Assembly: GCA_963850905.1 (NCBI GenBank)
Contig: CAWKMU010000004.1
Span: 649,698-713,697 of the forward strand
DNA length: 64,000 nt
Source of the DNA: an uncultured Gemmatimonadales bacterium
GTDB taxonomy: Bacteria; Gemmatimonadota; Gemmatimonadetes; Gemmatimonadales; Gemmatimonadaceae
Direction: 5' to 3'
Notes under the pieces: model-generated
What the model was told of the DNA's origin: nothing
Seen by the model: only the letters and a program-made list of their open reading frames with translations
The model's database searches: none
Made by a program: the position numbers and the translations under genes
In this document: piece after piece, positions 30,624-40,914 of the stretch
Position numbering within the stretch: position 1 is the first letter of the stretch
Layout of the letters: every line of letters begins with the position of its first letter

Positions 30624-31871
30624 ATGCGAACGCTTGTGGCAGTGGGATGCTTCGTGCTCATCGCGTGGAGGGTGACGCACATCGACCGCCCGGCCAATGC
30701 GCACGCATCGACGGCAGATTCGACGTTCGCGGACGATATCCGCTTCCTGCGGCAGTACACGACGATCCTGGTGCTCTCCGATCGAGCGGGAACAGGCCAG
30801 GTCGCCGTAGCGCCGGCGTGGCAGGGTCGGGTCATGACGAGCTCCGCTCGAGGCGTCGATGGCCACAGCTTCGGCTGGATCAATCGCGAGCTGATCGCAT
30901 CCGGCAAAGTTTTGCCGCATTTCAACCCGCTGGGTGGTGAGGATCGGCTGTGGCTAGGACCCGAGGGCGGACAGTTCTCGATTTACTTTGCCCCACACGC
31001 GCCGTTCGATCTCGCGCACTGGTTCGTGCCGAGTCCTTTTGATACCAAGCCGTTCCGCAGCGCCGATACGGCGGCGCGAGACCGCGTTTCGTTCGCGTCC
31101 GATTTTGTGCTGCGCAACTATTCGGAGACTGTCTTCACGGTTCGGCTGCAGCGAACGATTCGCGTGCTCGAGCCCGACCTCGCATGGCAGGATTTGTCCC
31201 TGCCGCCGGCCAAAGACGTCGCGCTCGTTGCGTACGAGTCGCAGAATTCCCTGACCAATGCGGGTGCGGTGGACTGGCGCAAGGAAACGGGTCTGCTCTC
31301 TCTCTGGGTTCTTGGCATGTTCAAGCCCTCACCGGCGACGACGATCGTGATACCGATCCGAGACGGGCCCGAGAGCACACTTGGCAAGGCCGTGACTACG
31401 GATTACTTCGGCGCGATCCCGGCAGATCGGCTCAAAGTGACAGACCGCGCGATCTTCCTACGCGGCGATGGGAAGTACCGCAGCAAGATCGGCATTAATC
31501 CACGGCGGAGCCTGGCGACGCTCGGGAGCTACGATGCCCGTGATCACGTGCTCACGATCGTGCAGTTCGATCAACCGCGTGAGACCACTGATTACGTGAA
31601 TTCCCTCTGGCACATCCAGACTGACCCTTACGGCGGCAATGTCGCGAACGCCTATAACGATGGCCCGCCTGCACCGGGCGTTGCGCCGCTGGGACCGTTT
31701 GTCGAGCTGGAATCGTCATCTCCCGCCGTCGCGCTGGCCGCAGGTCAAAGCGTATCCCACGTGCATCGCACGATCCATCTCATGGGTCCACCCGATGAGT
31801 TGGATCGCGTATCGCGATCGGTGCTCGGCGTGTCACTGCTCGAAGTGGAATCCGCGTTCGCGCCGCACTAG
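30624..31871 (+). CDS. DUF6786-like exported protein
   Basis: AWQGRVMTSS, GGEDRLWLGPEGGQFSIYF, NAYNDGPP, FVELESSSPA. Confidence 0.75.
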   Translation: MRTLVAVGCFVLIAWRVTHIDRPANAHASTADSTFADDIRFLRQYTTILVLSDRAGTGQVAVAPAWQGRVMTSSARGVDGHSFGWINRELIASGKVLPHFNPLGGEDRLWLGPEGGQFSIYFAPHAPFDLAHWFVPSPFDTKPFRSADTAARDRVSFASDFVLRNYSETVFTVRLQRTIRVLEPDLAWQDLSLPPAKDVALVAYESQNSLTNAGAVDWRKETGLLSLWVLGMFKPSPATTIVIPIRDGPESTLGKAVTTDYFGAIPADRLKVTDRAIFLRGDGKYRSKIGINPRRSLATLGSYDARDHVLTIVQFDQPRETTDYVNSLWHIQTDPYGGNVANAYNDGPPAPGVAPLGPFVELESSSPAVALAAGQSVSHVHRTIHLMGPPDELDRVSRSVLGVSLLEVESAFAPH

Positions 31872-31882
31872 CCGCGTCCCGC

Positions 31883-33289
31883 ATGCCGAGTATCGAGAAA
31901 CAACGGAGAAGCGGGGCAGCGCTTTGGTTCGGCGCGGCGGATGGCCGCACGCACACGGCCACCTTCTTTCTCGTCGCATCGCTCTTTTTGCTGTGGGGCT
32001 GCTGTAACGGCATGATCAATGTGATGGACAAGCACTTTCAGGATCTGCTGCATCTGTCGAAAGCGCAATCCGCGTGGGTCCAGACCGCTCATTACATGGG
32101 CTACGCGCTCATGGCCTTTCCCGCGGGCCTCATCGCGCGTGCCATCGGCTACAAGGGTGGAATCATTTCGGGCCTGGTGCTCGTCGCCGTCGGAGGATTC
32201 TGGTTCGTCGCGGCGACCCATATCGCGGCATTCTGGGCGTTTCTGCTGGGGGTCTGCTTGATCGCAATGGGGCTGACCGTGCTCGAAACAGTGGCCAACC
32301 CCTATACGACTGTGCTCGGCCCCCCGCGGTTCGCCGCCTTTCGCATCAACCTGGCACAAAGCTTCAACGGAGTGGGCTGGATGACCGGCCCAATCATCGG
32401 GGGTGCGTTTTTCTACGCGGCGGGGGGCGCGGAGGTCGCGCAGGGTCGACTCTATATCCCGTACGCGGCGATCGCCATCGTGGCGCTCGTGTTAGGAGGC
32501 ATCTTTTTTTTGTCGGACGTACCCGATCTCGTGGCCCACACGCACCAGAGTGATGATCCGAGGGAATCCCCAGTTGACCCGGCAGCGTCCTCGCCAGATC
32601 GATCGATCTGGACCCACCCGCATTTCGTGGGGGGCGTACTGGCGCAATTTCTCTACGTCGCCGCGCAAGCCGGGATATTCAGCTTCTTCATTAATTACAT
32701 GGTCGCCGAGGCACCGTCGTTCAGCACTGGCTGGGGTGTCGCCTGGCTCGCGCAACATGGCATGGTCACGCACGCTGCGCACGGTTGGTCGATCAACGAA
32801 CAAGGTGCTGCGCGTCTGCAGGGCCTGGTCGGCTTTGGCCTATTTACCATTGGGCGGTTGAGCGGCTCCGCGCTCTTGGGGAAAGCACGACCCGATCGGG
32901 TCCTGGGCGCATACTCGTTCGCCAACGTAATCCTCTGTGCGCTCGTCGTCGCCAAGCTCGGGTGGTTATCGGTCGCCGCGGTCTTCGGGAGCTTTTTTTT
33001 CATGTCGATCAGTTTCCCGACGATCTTTGCGCTCGGAATCGACGGCTTGGGACCGAAGACGAAGAAAGCGTCGGCCTTTCTGGTCATGGCGATCCTGGGC
33101 GGCGCGCTGATGCCAAAGGTCATGGGCCACGTGGGGGACGTCTACAACATGTCGGTCGCGTTCTGGGTGCCACTGGCCTGCTTTGCACTCATCGCGCTCT
33201 ATGGCTACGCGTGGCGTGTGCTGAGCGTCGGAGCGGTCGCCTCGTCGTTTATGAGGAGCCCCGTGGAAGAAACGGGCGCAACCCTATGA
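31883..33289 (+). CDS. fucP: L-fucose:H+ symporter family MFS permease
   Basis: LFLLWG, LETVANPY, RINLAQSFNG, AQFLYVAAQ, MSISFPTIFALG. Confidence 0.85.
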   Translation: MPSIEKQRRSGAALWFGAADGRTHTATFFLVASLFLLWGCCNGMINVMDKHFQDLLHLSKAQSAWVQTAHYMGYALMAFPAGLIARAIGYKGGIISGLVLVAVGGFWFVAATHIAAFWAFLLGVCLIAMGLTVLETVANPYTTVLGPPRFAAFRINLAQSFNGVGWMTGPIIGGAFFYAAGGAEVAQGRLYIPYAAIAIVALVLGGIFFLSDVPDLVAHTHQSDDPRESPVDPAASSPDRSIWTHPHFVGGVLAQFLYVAAQAGIFSFFINYMVAEAPSFSTGWGVAWLAQHGMVTHAAHGWSINEQGAARLQGLVGFGLFTIGRLSGSALLGKARPDRVLGAYSFANVILCALVVAKLGWLSVAAVFGSFFFMSISFPTIFALGIDGLGPKTKKASAFLVMAILGGALMPKVMGHVGDVYNMSVAFWVPLACFALIALYGYAWRVLSVGAVASSFMRSPVEETGATL

Positions 33290-34911
33290 GCGAGCCAATT
33301 CTCGCGGTTGCGAACGGCGATCTGCGTTTGTCGGCCAACCGAGCCTGCTGGGCGGCGCAAGAGCAAGTCGAGAAGGCCGTCACCGCCGCGATCCGGTTGC
33401 TAGGGCACGACCTACAGCGTGCGCATGCCTATGACCCGGTGAAACAACACGGATTCATCGACAGCCAAAAGCGCGGTATTGAAGTATTCCGCGCGATCGC
33501 GCCTGATCGCCCACTCATCGTGATCGAAGCCGTCTGGCAGTACAGCCAGCAGATCCTGCCGGGACTGCTCGGCCATCGTGGCCCCATTCTCACCATTGCG
33601 AACTGGAGCGGCCAGTGGCCTGGGCTCGTGGGACTCCTCAATCTCAACGCGTCGCTTCGAAAGGCCGGCCGCCCGTTTAGCACGCTCTGGAGCAGCGACT
33701 TCACCGATCAGTTTTTTGTGAACGGCCTGAAACAATGGCTCGACGGCAAACCAATCGTCCACGATCAATCTCACGTTCGGGACTGGTCGGCAGTCAATGT
33801 GCCTGCCGAGGCTCGGCGGCTGGGTGCGAATCTCGCCGAGACCCTGCAGCGCGAGAAGGCCATTCTCGGCGTGTTCGATGAAGGCTGCATGGGCATGTAC
33901 AACGCCATCATCCCGGACGAGCTGCTGCAGCCCTTGGGTGTGTTCAAGGAGCGCCTGAGCCAATCCGCGCTGTACGCCGAGATGCTACGCACGTCAGACG
34001 CGGACGCGCGTGCGGTGTACCGCTGGCTTCTCGATAAGGGCATGCAGTTCCGATTCGGGCCCGATCCCGAGACGGATCTGACGGAGAAACAGGTCCTCGA
34101 CCAGTGCAGAATGTACATCGCGGCGGTACGCTTGGCGGACGAATTTGGTTGTGCCGCGGTTGGCATTCAGTACCAGCAAGGGCTGAAGGATCTCGTTCCA
34201 GCCTCGGACCTTGCTGAGGGGCTTCTCAACAACGTCGATCGGCCCCCAGTCTGCGACCGCGCCGGGCGACCACTGTTCCCGGGTCAAGCGCTGCCGCACT
34301 TCAACGAAGTCGATGAGTGCGTGGGGCTCGACGCCCTGATTACGAATCGAGTGTGGACGGCGCTTGGACTGCCGCCGGAGACCACGCTTCATGATCTACG
34401 GTACGGCGAGCACTATGGCGAGACGACCGATGCAGCCTTTGTCTGGACGCTCGAGTGCTCTGGGTCGGCGCCGCCCGCACACTTCGGGCGTGGCTACCGA
34501 GATGCAGTGAGCGAGCGCCAGCCGCCAATGTATTTCCGTCTTGGTGGCGGCACGATCAAGGGTATCAGTAAGCCCGGCCACGTTGTGTGGAGCCGCATTT
34601 ATGTCGAGCCTGCAGGGTTGAAGGCCAATGTCGGCCTGGCGCGCGCAATCGAGCTCCCCGACGCGGAAACCGACCGCCGCTGGCGGATGACGACATCACA
34701 GTGGCCGATGATGCATACCGTGTTTCCGGGCATTACGCGCGATCAATTCATGGCGCGGCACTGTTCGAATCACATTCAGGTCGCGTATGCACCTGATGAG
34801 GCACTGGCGACCCACGCGCTCTGTGTGAAGGCTGCAACGTTTCACGCGCTGGGCATCGACACCCATTTCTGCGGGACCACGCCACTTGCAAGCGCCGCGC
34901 CGGCGACCTGA
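33286..34911 (+). CDS. Fucose/arabinose isomerase-like protein
   Basis: VANGDLRLSAN, NWSGQWPGLVG, FDEGCMGM, GIQYQQGL, HFNEVDEC, TLHDLRYG, SNHIQVAY; ATGA overlap with the permease. Confidence 0.8.
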   Translation: MSEPILAVANGDLRLSANRACWAAQEQVEKAVTAAIRLLGHDLQRAHAYDPVKQHGFIDSQKRGIEVFRAIAPDRPLIVIEAVWQYSQQILPGLLGHRGPILTIANWSGQWPGLVGLLNLNASLRKAGRPFSTLWSSDFTDQFFVNGLKQWLDGKPIVHDQSHVRDWSAVNVPAEARRLGANLAETLQREKAILGVFDEGCMGMYNAIIPDELLQPLGVFKERLSQSALYAEMLRTSDADARAVYRWLLDKGMQFRFGPDPETDLTEKQVLDQCRMYIAAVRLADEFGCAAVGIQYQQGLKDLVPASDLAEGLLNNVDRPPVCDRAGRPLFPGQALPHFNEVDECVGLDALITNRVWTALGLPPETTLHDLRYGEHYGETTDAAFVWTLECSGSAPPAHFGRGYRDAVSERQPPMYFRLGGGTIKGISKPGHVVWSRIYVEPAGLKANVGLARAIELPDAETDRRWRMTTSQWPMMHTVFPGITRDQFMARHCSNHIQVAYAPDEALATHALCVKAATFHALGIDTHFCGTTPLASAAPAT

Positions 34912-34969
34912 CGTCGCGATGGGTCTCATCGCAACCCATGCGCGTACGTAGCGCATTGGTCACGTCGCC

Positions 34970-36493
34970 ATGACGATCGTTGCGGGAGTCGATTTCGGAA
35001 CCGGCAACGTGCGAGTCTCGATCGTCGACAGCGAACGGGGTCGGCTTGCCCAGGGCATTGGTGAGTATCCTGTCTTGCGCGACCCTGCTGATCCCAATTG
35101 GGCTACACAGCGTCACGCCGATCATCTGCGAGCGTTGGAGCACGCGTGTCACGCTGCGCTGTCGCGCGCGCGTGTCAGTGGCAAGGTCATCGAAGCTCTC
35201 GCACTCGACACCACTGGGTCGACGGTCGTCATGCTCGATGAGCGCCTCCAGCCACTCGATGACTATTACCTGTGGTGCGACCATCGGGCATGGCGTGAGG
35301 CACAGGAGATTACTCGCGCTGGCTGCGCCCAGCAGCTCACTGCACTCGATTGGTGCGGCGGCAGCTACTCGTCCGAGTGGGGGTTTGCCAAGGTTCTGCA
35401 CTGGCTGCGATCCCATCCTGCGGCGCGTGCACGATTTTGCACGGCGGCCGAGCACTGTGATTACATCGTCGCGACGCTCTGCGGCATCAGCACCCTCGAC
35501 GAGTTGCCACGCTCAGCCTGTGCCATGGGCCACAAGTGGATGTGGCACCAGGAGCTCGGAGGTCTGCCGTCGGGCGAGTTCCTCGAATCCGTCGATCCAT
35601 TGCTCGCCGGCGTTCGAGACCGCCTGGCGGGTCGGTACCTGACCTCAGACCAGACCGCAGGCGAACTGTCCGGCGAGTGGGCCGACCGACTGACGCTCGG
35701 GGCCGGCATCCCGATTGCTGTCGGTGCGCTCGACGCGCATTGGGATGCCCTCGGCGCAGGCTGTCGGCTCGGCGATGTTGTCAACGTCATCGGTACCTCG
35801 ACCTGCATCATGGCGCTGGCCGATACCCCGCGCCTCATTCCCGGCGTGTCTGGTTTGGCCCAGGGCTCCATTCATCCGAAGAAGCTTGGTATTGAGGCCG
35901 GGTTGTCCGCAGTTGGTGACCTGTTCGAGGCGATCGCGAAACGAGCGAGTACGCCGCTGTCAGCGCTGTCGGACAGGATTCAGCACTACGGTGCCGGCCA
36001 AACTGGACTAATGCGATTGGCTTGGGACAATGGCGACCGGTCGATTCTCGTCAATCCGCAGTTGAGGGGAATTACGCTCGGCTGGCGCCTCAATCACACA
36101 GCCGCGGACGAGCTCTTTGCGGCAATCGAAGGCACGGCATTTCACACCCGGATCATTCTCGAACGCTTGCAGGAATACGGCGTGCCGATCGATCGCGTGA
36201 TCAACGCCGGAGGGATACCCCAGCGCAATGAGGCGCTGAACCGCGTGTATGCCAGCGTGCTGGGCAAGCCGATCCTGGTGCCCGAAACCGACACGACGAG
36301 TTTGGGCTCTGCGATCTTCGCCTTCGTGTGTGCCGGAGCATTCAAGTCGGTGGAGGAGGCGCAGCAGGCGATTGCGCCGCGTCACCGAGTCTGCGAGCCC
36401 ATCGCACGGGACGTTCAGACATATCAGGATCTGTTTGGTCAGTTTCGCGAATTGTACTTCGCATTCGGGAAGGCACGATGGGCGGCGCCGTGA
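34970..36493 (+). CDS. Ribulokinase-like FGGY carbohydrate kinase
   Basis: GVDFGT, DTTGST, LWCDHRA, YSSEWGFAK, CAMGHKW, GTSTC, WDNGDRS. Confidence 0.88.
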   Translation: MTIVAGVDFGTGNVRVSIVDSERGRLAQGIGEYPVLRDPADPNWATQRHADHLRALEHACHAALSRARVSGKVIEALALDTTGSTVVMLDERLQPLDDYYLWCDHRAWREAQEITRAGCAQQLTALDWCGGSYSSEWGFAKVLHWLRSHPAARARFCTAAEHCDYIVATLCGISTLDELPRSACAMGHKWMWHQELGGLPSGEFLESVDPLLAGVRDRLAGRYLTSDQTAGELSGEWADRLTLGAGIPIAVGALDAHWDALGAGCRLGDVVNVIGTSTCIMALADTPRLIPGVSGLAQGSIHPKKLGIEAGLSAVGDLFEAIAKRASTPLSALSDRIQHYGAGQTGLMRLAWDNGDRSILVNPQLRGITLGWRLNHTAADELFAAIEGTAFHTRIILERLQEYGVPIDRVINAGGIPQRNEALNRVYASVLGKPILVPETDTTSLGSAIFAFVCAGAFKSVEEAQQAIAPRHRVCEPIARDVQTYQDLFGQFRELYFAFGKARWAAP

Positions 36494-36564
36494 CTATAAC
36501 GACTCCGTGACGGGCGTGTGCGCAAAAAACCCCGCCGGAAGTCAGGTGTCGGTAGCCGTCCCCA

Positions 36565-39441
36565 TTATCCGCGGCGGTCTGTCGTGATGCCCAGCTCGAC
36601 GCTGATCTCAGTCCGTGCCGCAAGCGCCACGGGGCGCCCGAAATCCACATGCACATCGGTGCCGTTGACCACAGCGGTGTGACCGGTGATCGGCTGTCCA
36701 TTTGGGCCGGTCACTCGCGTCGTGGCGACGGCCGAGCCCTGCGCGACGTTGACGATCAGGTGGCGGATGGGAACCTCGCCGCGTCGCGCGGCGACGCGGA
36801 ACGTGACTGACCGGTCGTCCGCCGTTCGGCTCAGGGTGCCCCAACCTGATCCGGCGGCAAAAAAGCAGCGGAAGTTGCTGGCATTGACCTGCGGGGCAAA
36901 GGTCAGCGTCTGGTCGATCGCCGAGTACCGGTACCCGGCGAGCGCGGACAGGACGGACCAGCTGGCAAGCGCGCGGGCGTAATGGTGGCCGCACTCGACC
37001 TCGTTCCACGGATTCCGGCGCGCGCCGTCGTACCGATCCACCACACCTTTGACGATGGCCAGTCCTTCCTCGACGAGACCCTCGTAGATCATGTGGCCGG
37101 CGACCTGGAATTCGACGCCGGTCCACACTTCATCGGAGTACGGGAACGGCAGCGCGGGGCGACCGCCCTTTGGCCACGTGCAAAGGAGCAGGCCCTTTTC
37201 GTCGTTGAGGGCGAAGATGCGCTGCGTGTTGGGGTGATCGTAGAAGCTGGTGCGGAAGTTGTGGTGGTAGATCGCCTGTAGCGCCTGGCGGATGCGTTCG
37301 TGCGACCACCCTGGATCCAGCCCCACGACTGTCGCCATCCACGCGCCAAGCAGTTGGTCGGAGAGACAGCCATCGCCAAACTGATAGCGAACCTGCCCGT
37401 TCTGGATAGCGGACGCGTGCCAGCTGGCGTCGGCGTACTTCGTCATGGGATGGATCTGGTCGGCCGCTGGCACCTTTTGGATGTAGAACTCGCCGTTCCA
37501 CAGCTGCTCGAGATTGGCGACCCCGCGCTCCCGCACCCGCCGATACGTGGCGGCAGCATCGGCATCGCCCACTGCGGTCCCCATGAGCTCCGCCGCCCGT
37601 AGCGCGCCCTGATACAGCGTACTCATCATCGAGTTCGGGCCGTAGAACTCGACGTCGTACGTGTTGTGTTGCTCCCCCTCGAAGAGGCCGTCCCGGTCGG
37701 CGTCCCAGTGTGTCCAGGCGAATTCGAGGGCGCGTTTCGCGGCGGGCCAGAGCTGCTTCAGGAGTTCGTCGTCGCCCGAGAGCTGCCATTCGCGATAGAG
37801 CTTGATAATCGTACCCATCTGGCCGTCAGCGGCGGGGCGGAAGTCCCACTGCGCCCGCCCGACTGGGATCAGTGTGCGGAAGGCCATGCTGTCGTCGGCG
37901 CGCATGTTGGATAGGAAGTCGGTGCGGCGCATCGAGCGCTCGAGCTCCGGGTAGAGGGCGGCGAGCGCTTGCTCGTAGTTCCAGACATGGGTGCAGTTCA
38001 TCGGGCAGCACCCGGCGTTGTCGTCGCACCCCTCGAAGGCGTAGAACTGCTTGCCCTCGAGCAGCATGCAGGTGTTGGTGCGGATGATGGCGGCCTGACT
38101 GGACACGGCTTCCAGCACGTACCCGGGGAGCGTCGCGGAGTAGAACCCGTCGCTGAAATCTCGCGTCTTCCTTTCGAGCTCCGGCAGACGTGCGACGGTG
38201 TGACGCGCGACCTCCCACGCGCTCTGGAATCGCGTGCCATAGTAGTTGCGAAGATGCTGGCCTTTGACCTCCTTCTGGTCGTTCCAGTAGTTCTGGCGGA
38301 CCGGGAAGTACCAGGCGAGGATGAACGTCACCGACTGTGATTCTCCTGGCGCGAGCTGCAGTCGCGGCGCGAGCGTCGCATACGTCGAGCGGCCGTCGGC
38401 CGACGCTGACGGGGGCACGACGTCGTGCAGCGTCCCGCTCTGGGCGAACTCGTCGTACCATGTCTGGTATGCGTCCCACCAATCACCCACATCCGCCCAC
38501 GCGGTCGTCGCGGTCACGTCTGGGCTCGTCGTGATGAGCGCCATCGAGCCGCCGCCCACGTCCTCGGGTCCGTACTTGGCTGACGTCATTTCCAGCCCTT
38601 GTACCCGCACACCTCCGGCGTTTTCCGTTCGGAAGGTGTTCAGGTTCTTACCGAATCCGGGGTGCTGCGGGCCTGCGAGGTCGGCCTTCCCGTCGTAGCC
38701 GACTGCGTTGAGCGACGAAAACGCCAGTGCCAGTTCGACCGGCTTCGAGCTGCGCGAGCGCACGTGGTAGCGAAGGATCGCCACCGGCAGGCTCGAATCA
38801 TCGACATCGAGTGGGACCAAGGGATTGAACGCGTCGAGTGAGAGCTCGACCGGTAGCGACTCGTCCTCGAACGCGATCGTCGCAAAGGGATAGGCACCGG
38901 TGAAGCGCGCCGCGCGGAACCGCGGCAACCCTTCGGCGGACTCTCGGTGTAAGCCCTCTTGGCCGCGGAAGGGAGCGGCGAGCGGGCCTTCGACCACTCG
39001 CACGGCGGACTGCGCCCCTTCGCTGCGCACCCAGAGCGCGACGAAGCTGAACGGGAGGATCTTTCCCTTGCCAGGTCGGTTGAAGATCTCCCAATCCCTG
39101 AGCTGACCGCGGCCGCCGAGCGACACGGTACCCGTGCCGATGCCACCCAGGGGGAAGGCAACCTCGTTCAGGTGGTCGCCGGTGAGAACGCGCGGCTTCC
39201 GCGCCTGGTACAGATCCTGAGGCGAGTAGGGGATGATGGATCCGGCCGCCGAACGAAACGCGTTCGGCTCCCGGGGCGCCTGCGCCTCGAGCGCTTGCGC
39301 GAGGGTCGACGCGCCAATGGCGGCCGAGGACGTGGAGACGAGAAAGTCTCGACGATTGATGGGCTTGTCAGCGGGGCTATCGGAATCGTGCGGCGTCGTG
39401 GCTCCCTGTTGGATCGCCGGTGTCGGCGCGGCCGCGGTCAA
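36565..39441 (-). CDS. Tat-exported glycoside hydrolase family 116
   Basis: NRRDFL Tat motif; FPLGGIGTG, NCTHVWNYEQ, AADGQMG, EGEQHNTYD, SDEVWTG, NPWNEVECGHHYAR. Confidence 0.88.
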   Translation of the reverse strand: MTAAAPTPAIQQGATTPHDSDSPADKPINRRDFLVSTSSAAIGASTLAQALEAQAPREPNAFRSAAGSIIPYSPQDLYQARKPRVLTGDHLNEVAFPLGGIGTGTVSLGGRGQLRDWEIFNRPGKGKILPFSFVALWVRSEGAQSAVRVVEGPLAAPFRGQEGLHRESAEGLPRFRAARFTGAYPFATIAFEDESLPVELSLDAFNPLVPLDVDDSSLPVAILRYHVRSRSSKPVELALAFSSLNAVGYDGKADLAGPQHPGFGKNLNTFRTENAGGVRVQGLEMTSAKYGPEDVGGGSMALITTSPDVTATTAWADVGDWWDAYQTWYDEFAQSGTLHDVVPPSASADGRSTYATLAPRLQLAPGESQSVTFILAWYFPVRQNYWNDQKEVKGQHLRNYYGTRFQSAWEVARHTVARLPELERKTRDFSDGFYSATLPGYVLEAVSSQAAIIRTNTCMLLEGKQFYAFEGCDDNAGCCPMNCTHVWNYEQALAALYPELERSMRRTDFLSNMRADDSMAFRTLIPVGRAQWDFRPAADGQMGTIIKLYREWQLSGDDELLKQLWPAAKRALEFAWTHWDADRDGLFEGEQHNTYDVEFYGPNSMMSTLYQGALRAAELMGTAVGDADAAATYRRVRERGVANLEQLWNGEFYIQKVPAADQIHPMTKYADASWHASAIQNGQVRYQFGDGCLSDQLLGAWMATVVGLDPGWSHERIRQALQAIYHHNFRTSFYDHPNTQRIFALNDEKGLLLCTWPKGGRPALPFPYSDEVWTGVEFQVAGHMIYEGLVEEGLAIVKGVVDRYDGARRNPWNEVECGHHYARALASWSVLSALAGYRYSAIDQTLTFAPQVNASNFRCFFAAGSGWGTLSRTADDRSVTFRVAARRGEVPIRHLIVNVAQGSAVATTRVTGPNGQPITGHTAVVNGTDVHVDFGRPVALAARTEISVELGITTDRRG

Positions 39442-40556
39442 TCATCGGCGGTCAAAGAAAGAGGGTCCGTCGTCGCGCCGTAAGCGGGTCGCTTGGGGGG
39501 CGCGGGCGCAAACGACTCCAAGTCAAGCATCTTGGCGCGCACGCCCAAGTCGTGAGTCGCCGAGTGCAGAGCGTGCTCCACGATTCGTCGAAGTGTGTCC
39601 GGCGCCGTAGCGACCCGCGCATTGATGATGGCGGACGCTTCGCGAACCGGGGCGAGCGAGGCGCCACGATCCCATCGCGGGCGCGCATCGTTGGTCGTGA
39701 GGCCGATTCGATCGTTGCCGTGCGCAGTGGCCAGCAGGATCTTCACGTGAGCGATGGCGGCGTCGACCTCCGCGCACCCGGCCCGGACCGCCTCGATCAC
39801 CGTTTCGCCCAGCCCCGTAGGAGAAAATTCCTTCGTCGAGACGAGATCCACGATGGCGTTGAGCCATCCGAGCGAGGCCTCGGCGCGGCCGTAGGTGTCG
39901 TAGTCGATATCGAGCGCGCGGTCATTGCGAGAGGATGTGTTGAGGAGGTGGCTCACCCACTCGTCCACCCCCGCGCCGGTCATGGCGCTCATGGCTATGA
40001 CTGGGACATCGCCAATCCATTCCCGGAGGTGCGACGTGAGGCGGTTGGATTCTGGTGCGTCGAGCAGGTCGCTCTTGCTCAGGATGATGAGCTCCGCTTC
40101 TCGGACTTGTTGTTCGAAGAGGTAGCGGACGCTGTCGTCGAACGGTCCGACGGGGCGGAGAAGCTGGCGCAGGCGTGCTGGCTCGACGAAGATGGAGAGA
40201 GGTGCGAGGGAGAAGGCCGCCGCATGGAAGCGTTGTATCGGCGTGTAGACCGTGGCCGCCAGGTCGGTGCAGCTGCCGACGGCTTCGGCGAGGATCACGC
40301 CCGGCCGGTGCTGCTCCACTAGTTGTGATGCGCTGGCGATGAACTCCGCGAACCGGCAGCAGAAGCATCCGTGGGTGATCTCGGTCACGTCGAGACCGAA
40401 GTCGCGTACGACAGTGGTGTCGACGAGGTGAGAGCCCTGGTCATTGGTGATGGCGCCAACGCGAGTACCTCGCGCGATCAGCTCGCGCGTCGCGGCGATT
40501 AGTGCCGTCGTCTTTCCGGCGCCAAGGAAGCCGCCGATACACGCGAGTCGCACCAT
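39438..40556 (-). CDS. CobW/COG0523-like GTP-binding protein
   Basis: GGFLGAGKTT, ITNDQG, GCFCC metal motif, EAVGSCTD, SKSD. Confidence 0.85.
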   Translation of the reverse strand: MVRLACIGGFLGAGKTTALIAATRELIARGTRVGAITNDQGSHLVDTTVVRDFGLDVTEITHGCFCCRFAEFIASASQLVEQHRPGVILAEAVGSCTDLAATVYTPIQRFHAAAFSLAPLSIFVEPARLRQLLRPVGPFDDSVRYLFEQQVREAELIILSKSDLLDAPESNRLTSHLREWIGDVPVIAMSAMTGAGVDEWVSHLLNTSSRNDRALDIDYDTYGRAEASLGWLNAIVDLVSTKEFSPTGLGETVIEAVRAGCAEVDAAIAHVKILLATAHGNDRIGLTTNDARPRWDRGASLAPVREASAIINARVATAPDTLRRIVEHALHSATHDLGVRAKMLDLESFAPAPPKRPAYGATTDPLSLTADD

Positions 40557-40914
40557 GGGATGTCGAATTTGCCGCGTCGGCTCAGTTCTGCAAGGCGGGA
40601 CCGCCATGTGTTCGCCATCGTGAGGCGGATCGACCTGATGGTGGCCAGTTGGCCGAGTAGCGGACGGTTTCCGACGGACCTTCCGGAACACCGCGCACGC
40701 CCGCAGAATTGCGGCGGCCGATGCTGAGTGGCGGCGCATTTGCGGTACGGCGCGCGCGCCGCGTCGCGGAGCGCGGGCGTCCTCTCGCCAGAGCTGGAGC
40801 ACATTTGCCGATCCTGGTTGCACGGACGCTGGTAGGGGCCGAAGGGGGCATGGGTGTCATCCAGTTGTTGACGCGAACGTGACAGTACCAGATGAGGCCA
40901 CGGTGCCAATACAT

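Noticed and set aside
32785..33285. Apparent extension of the isomerase
   Set aside because: Overlaps the permease in another frame; ATG 33286 is the start
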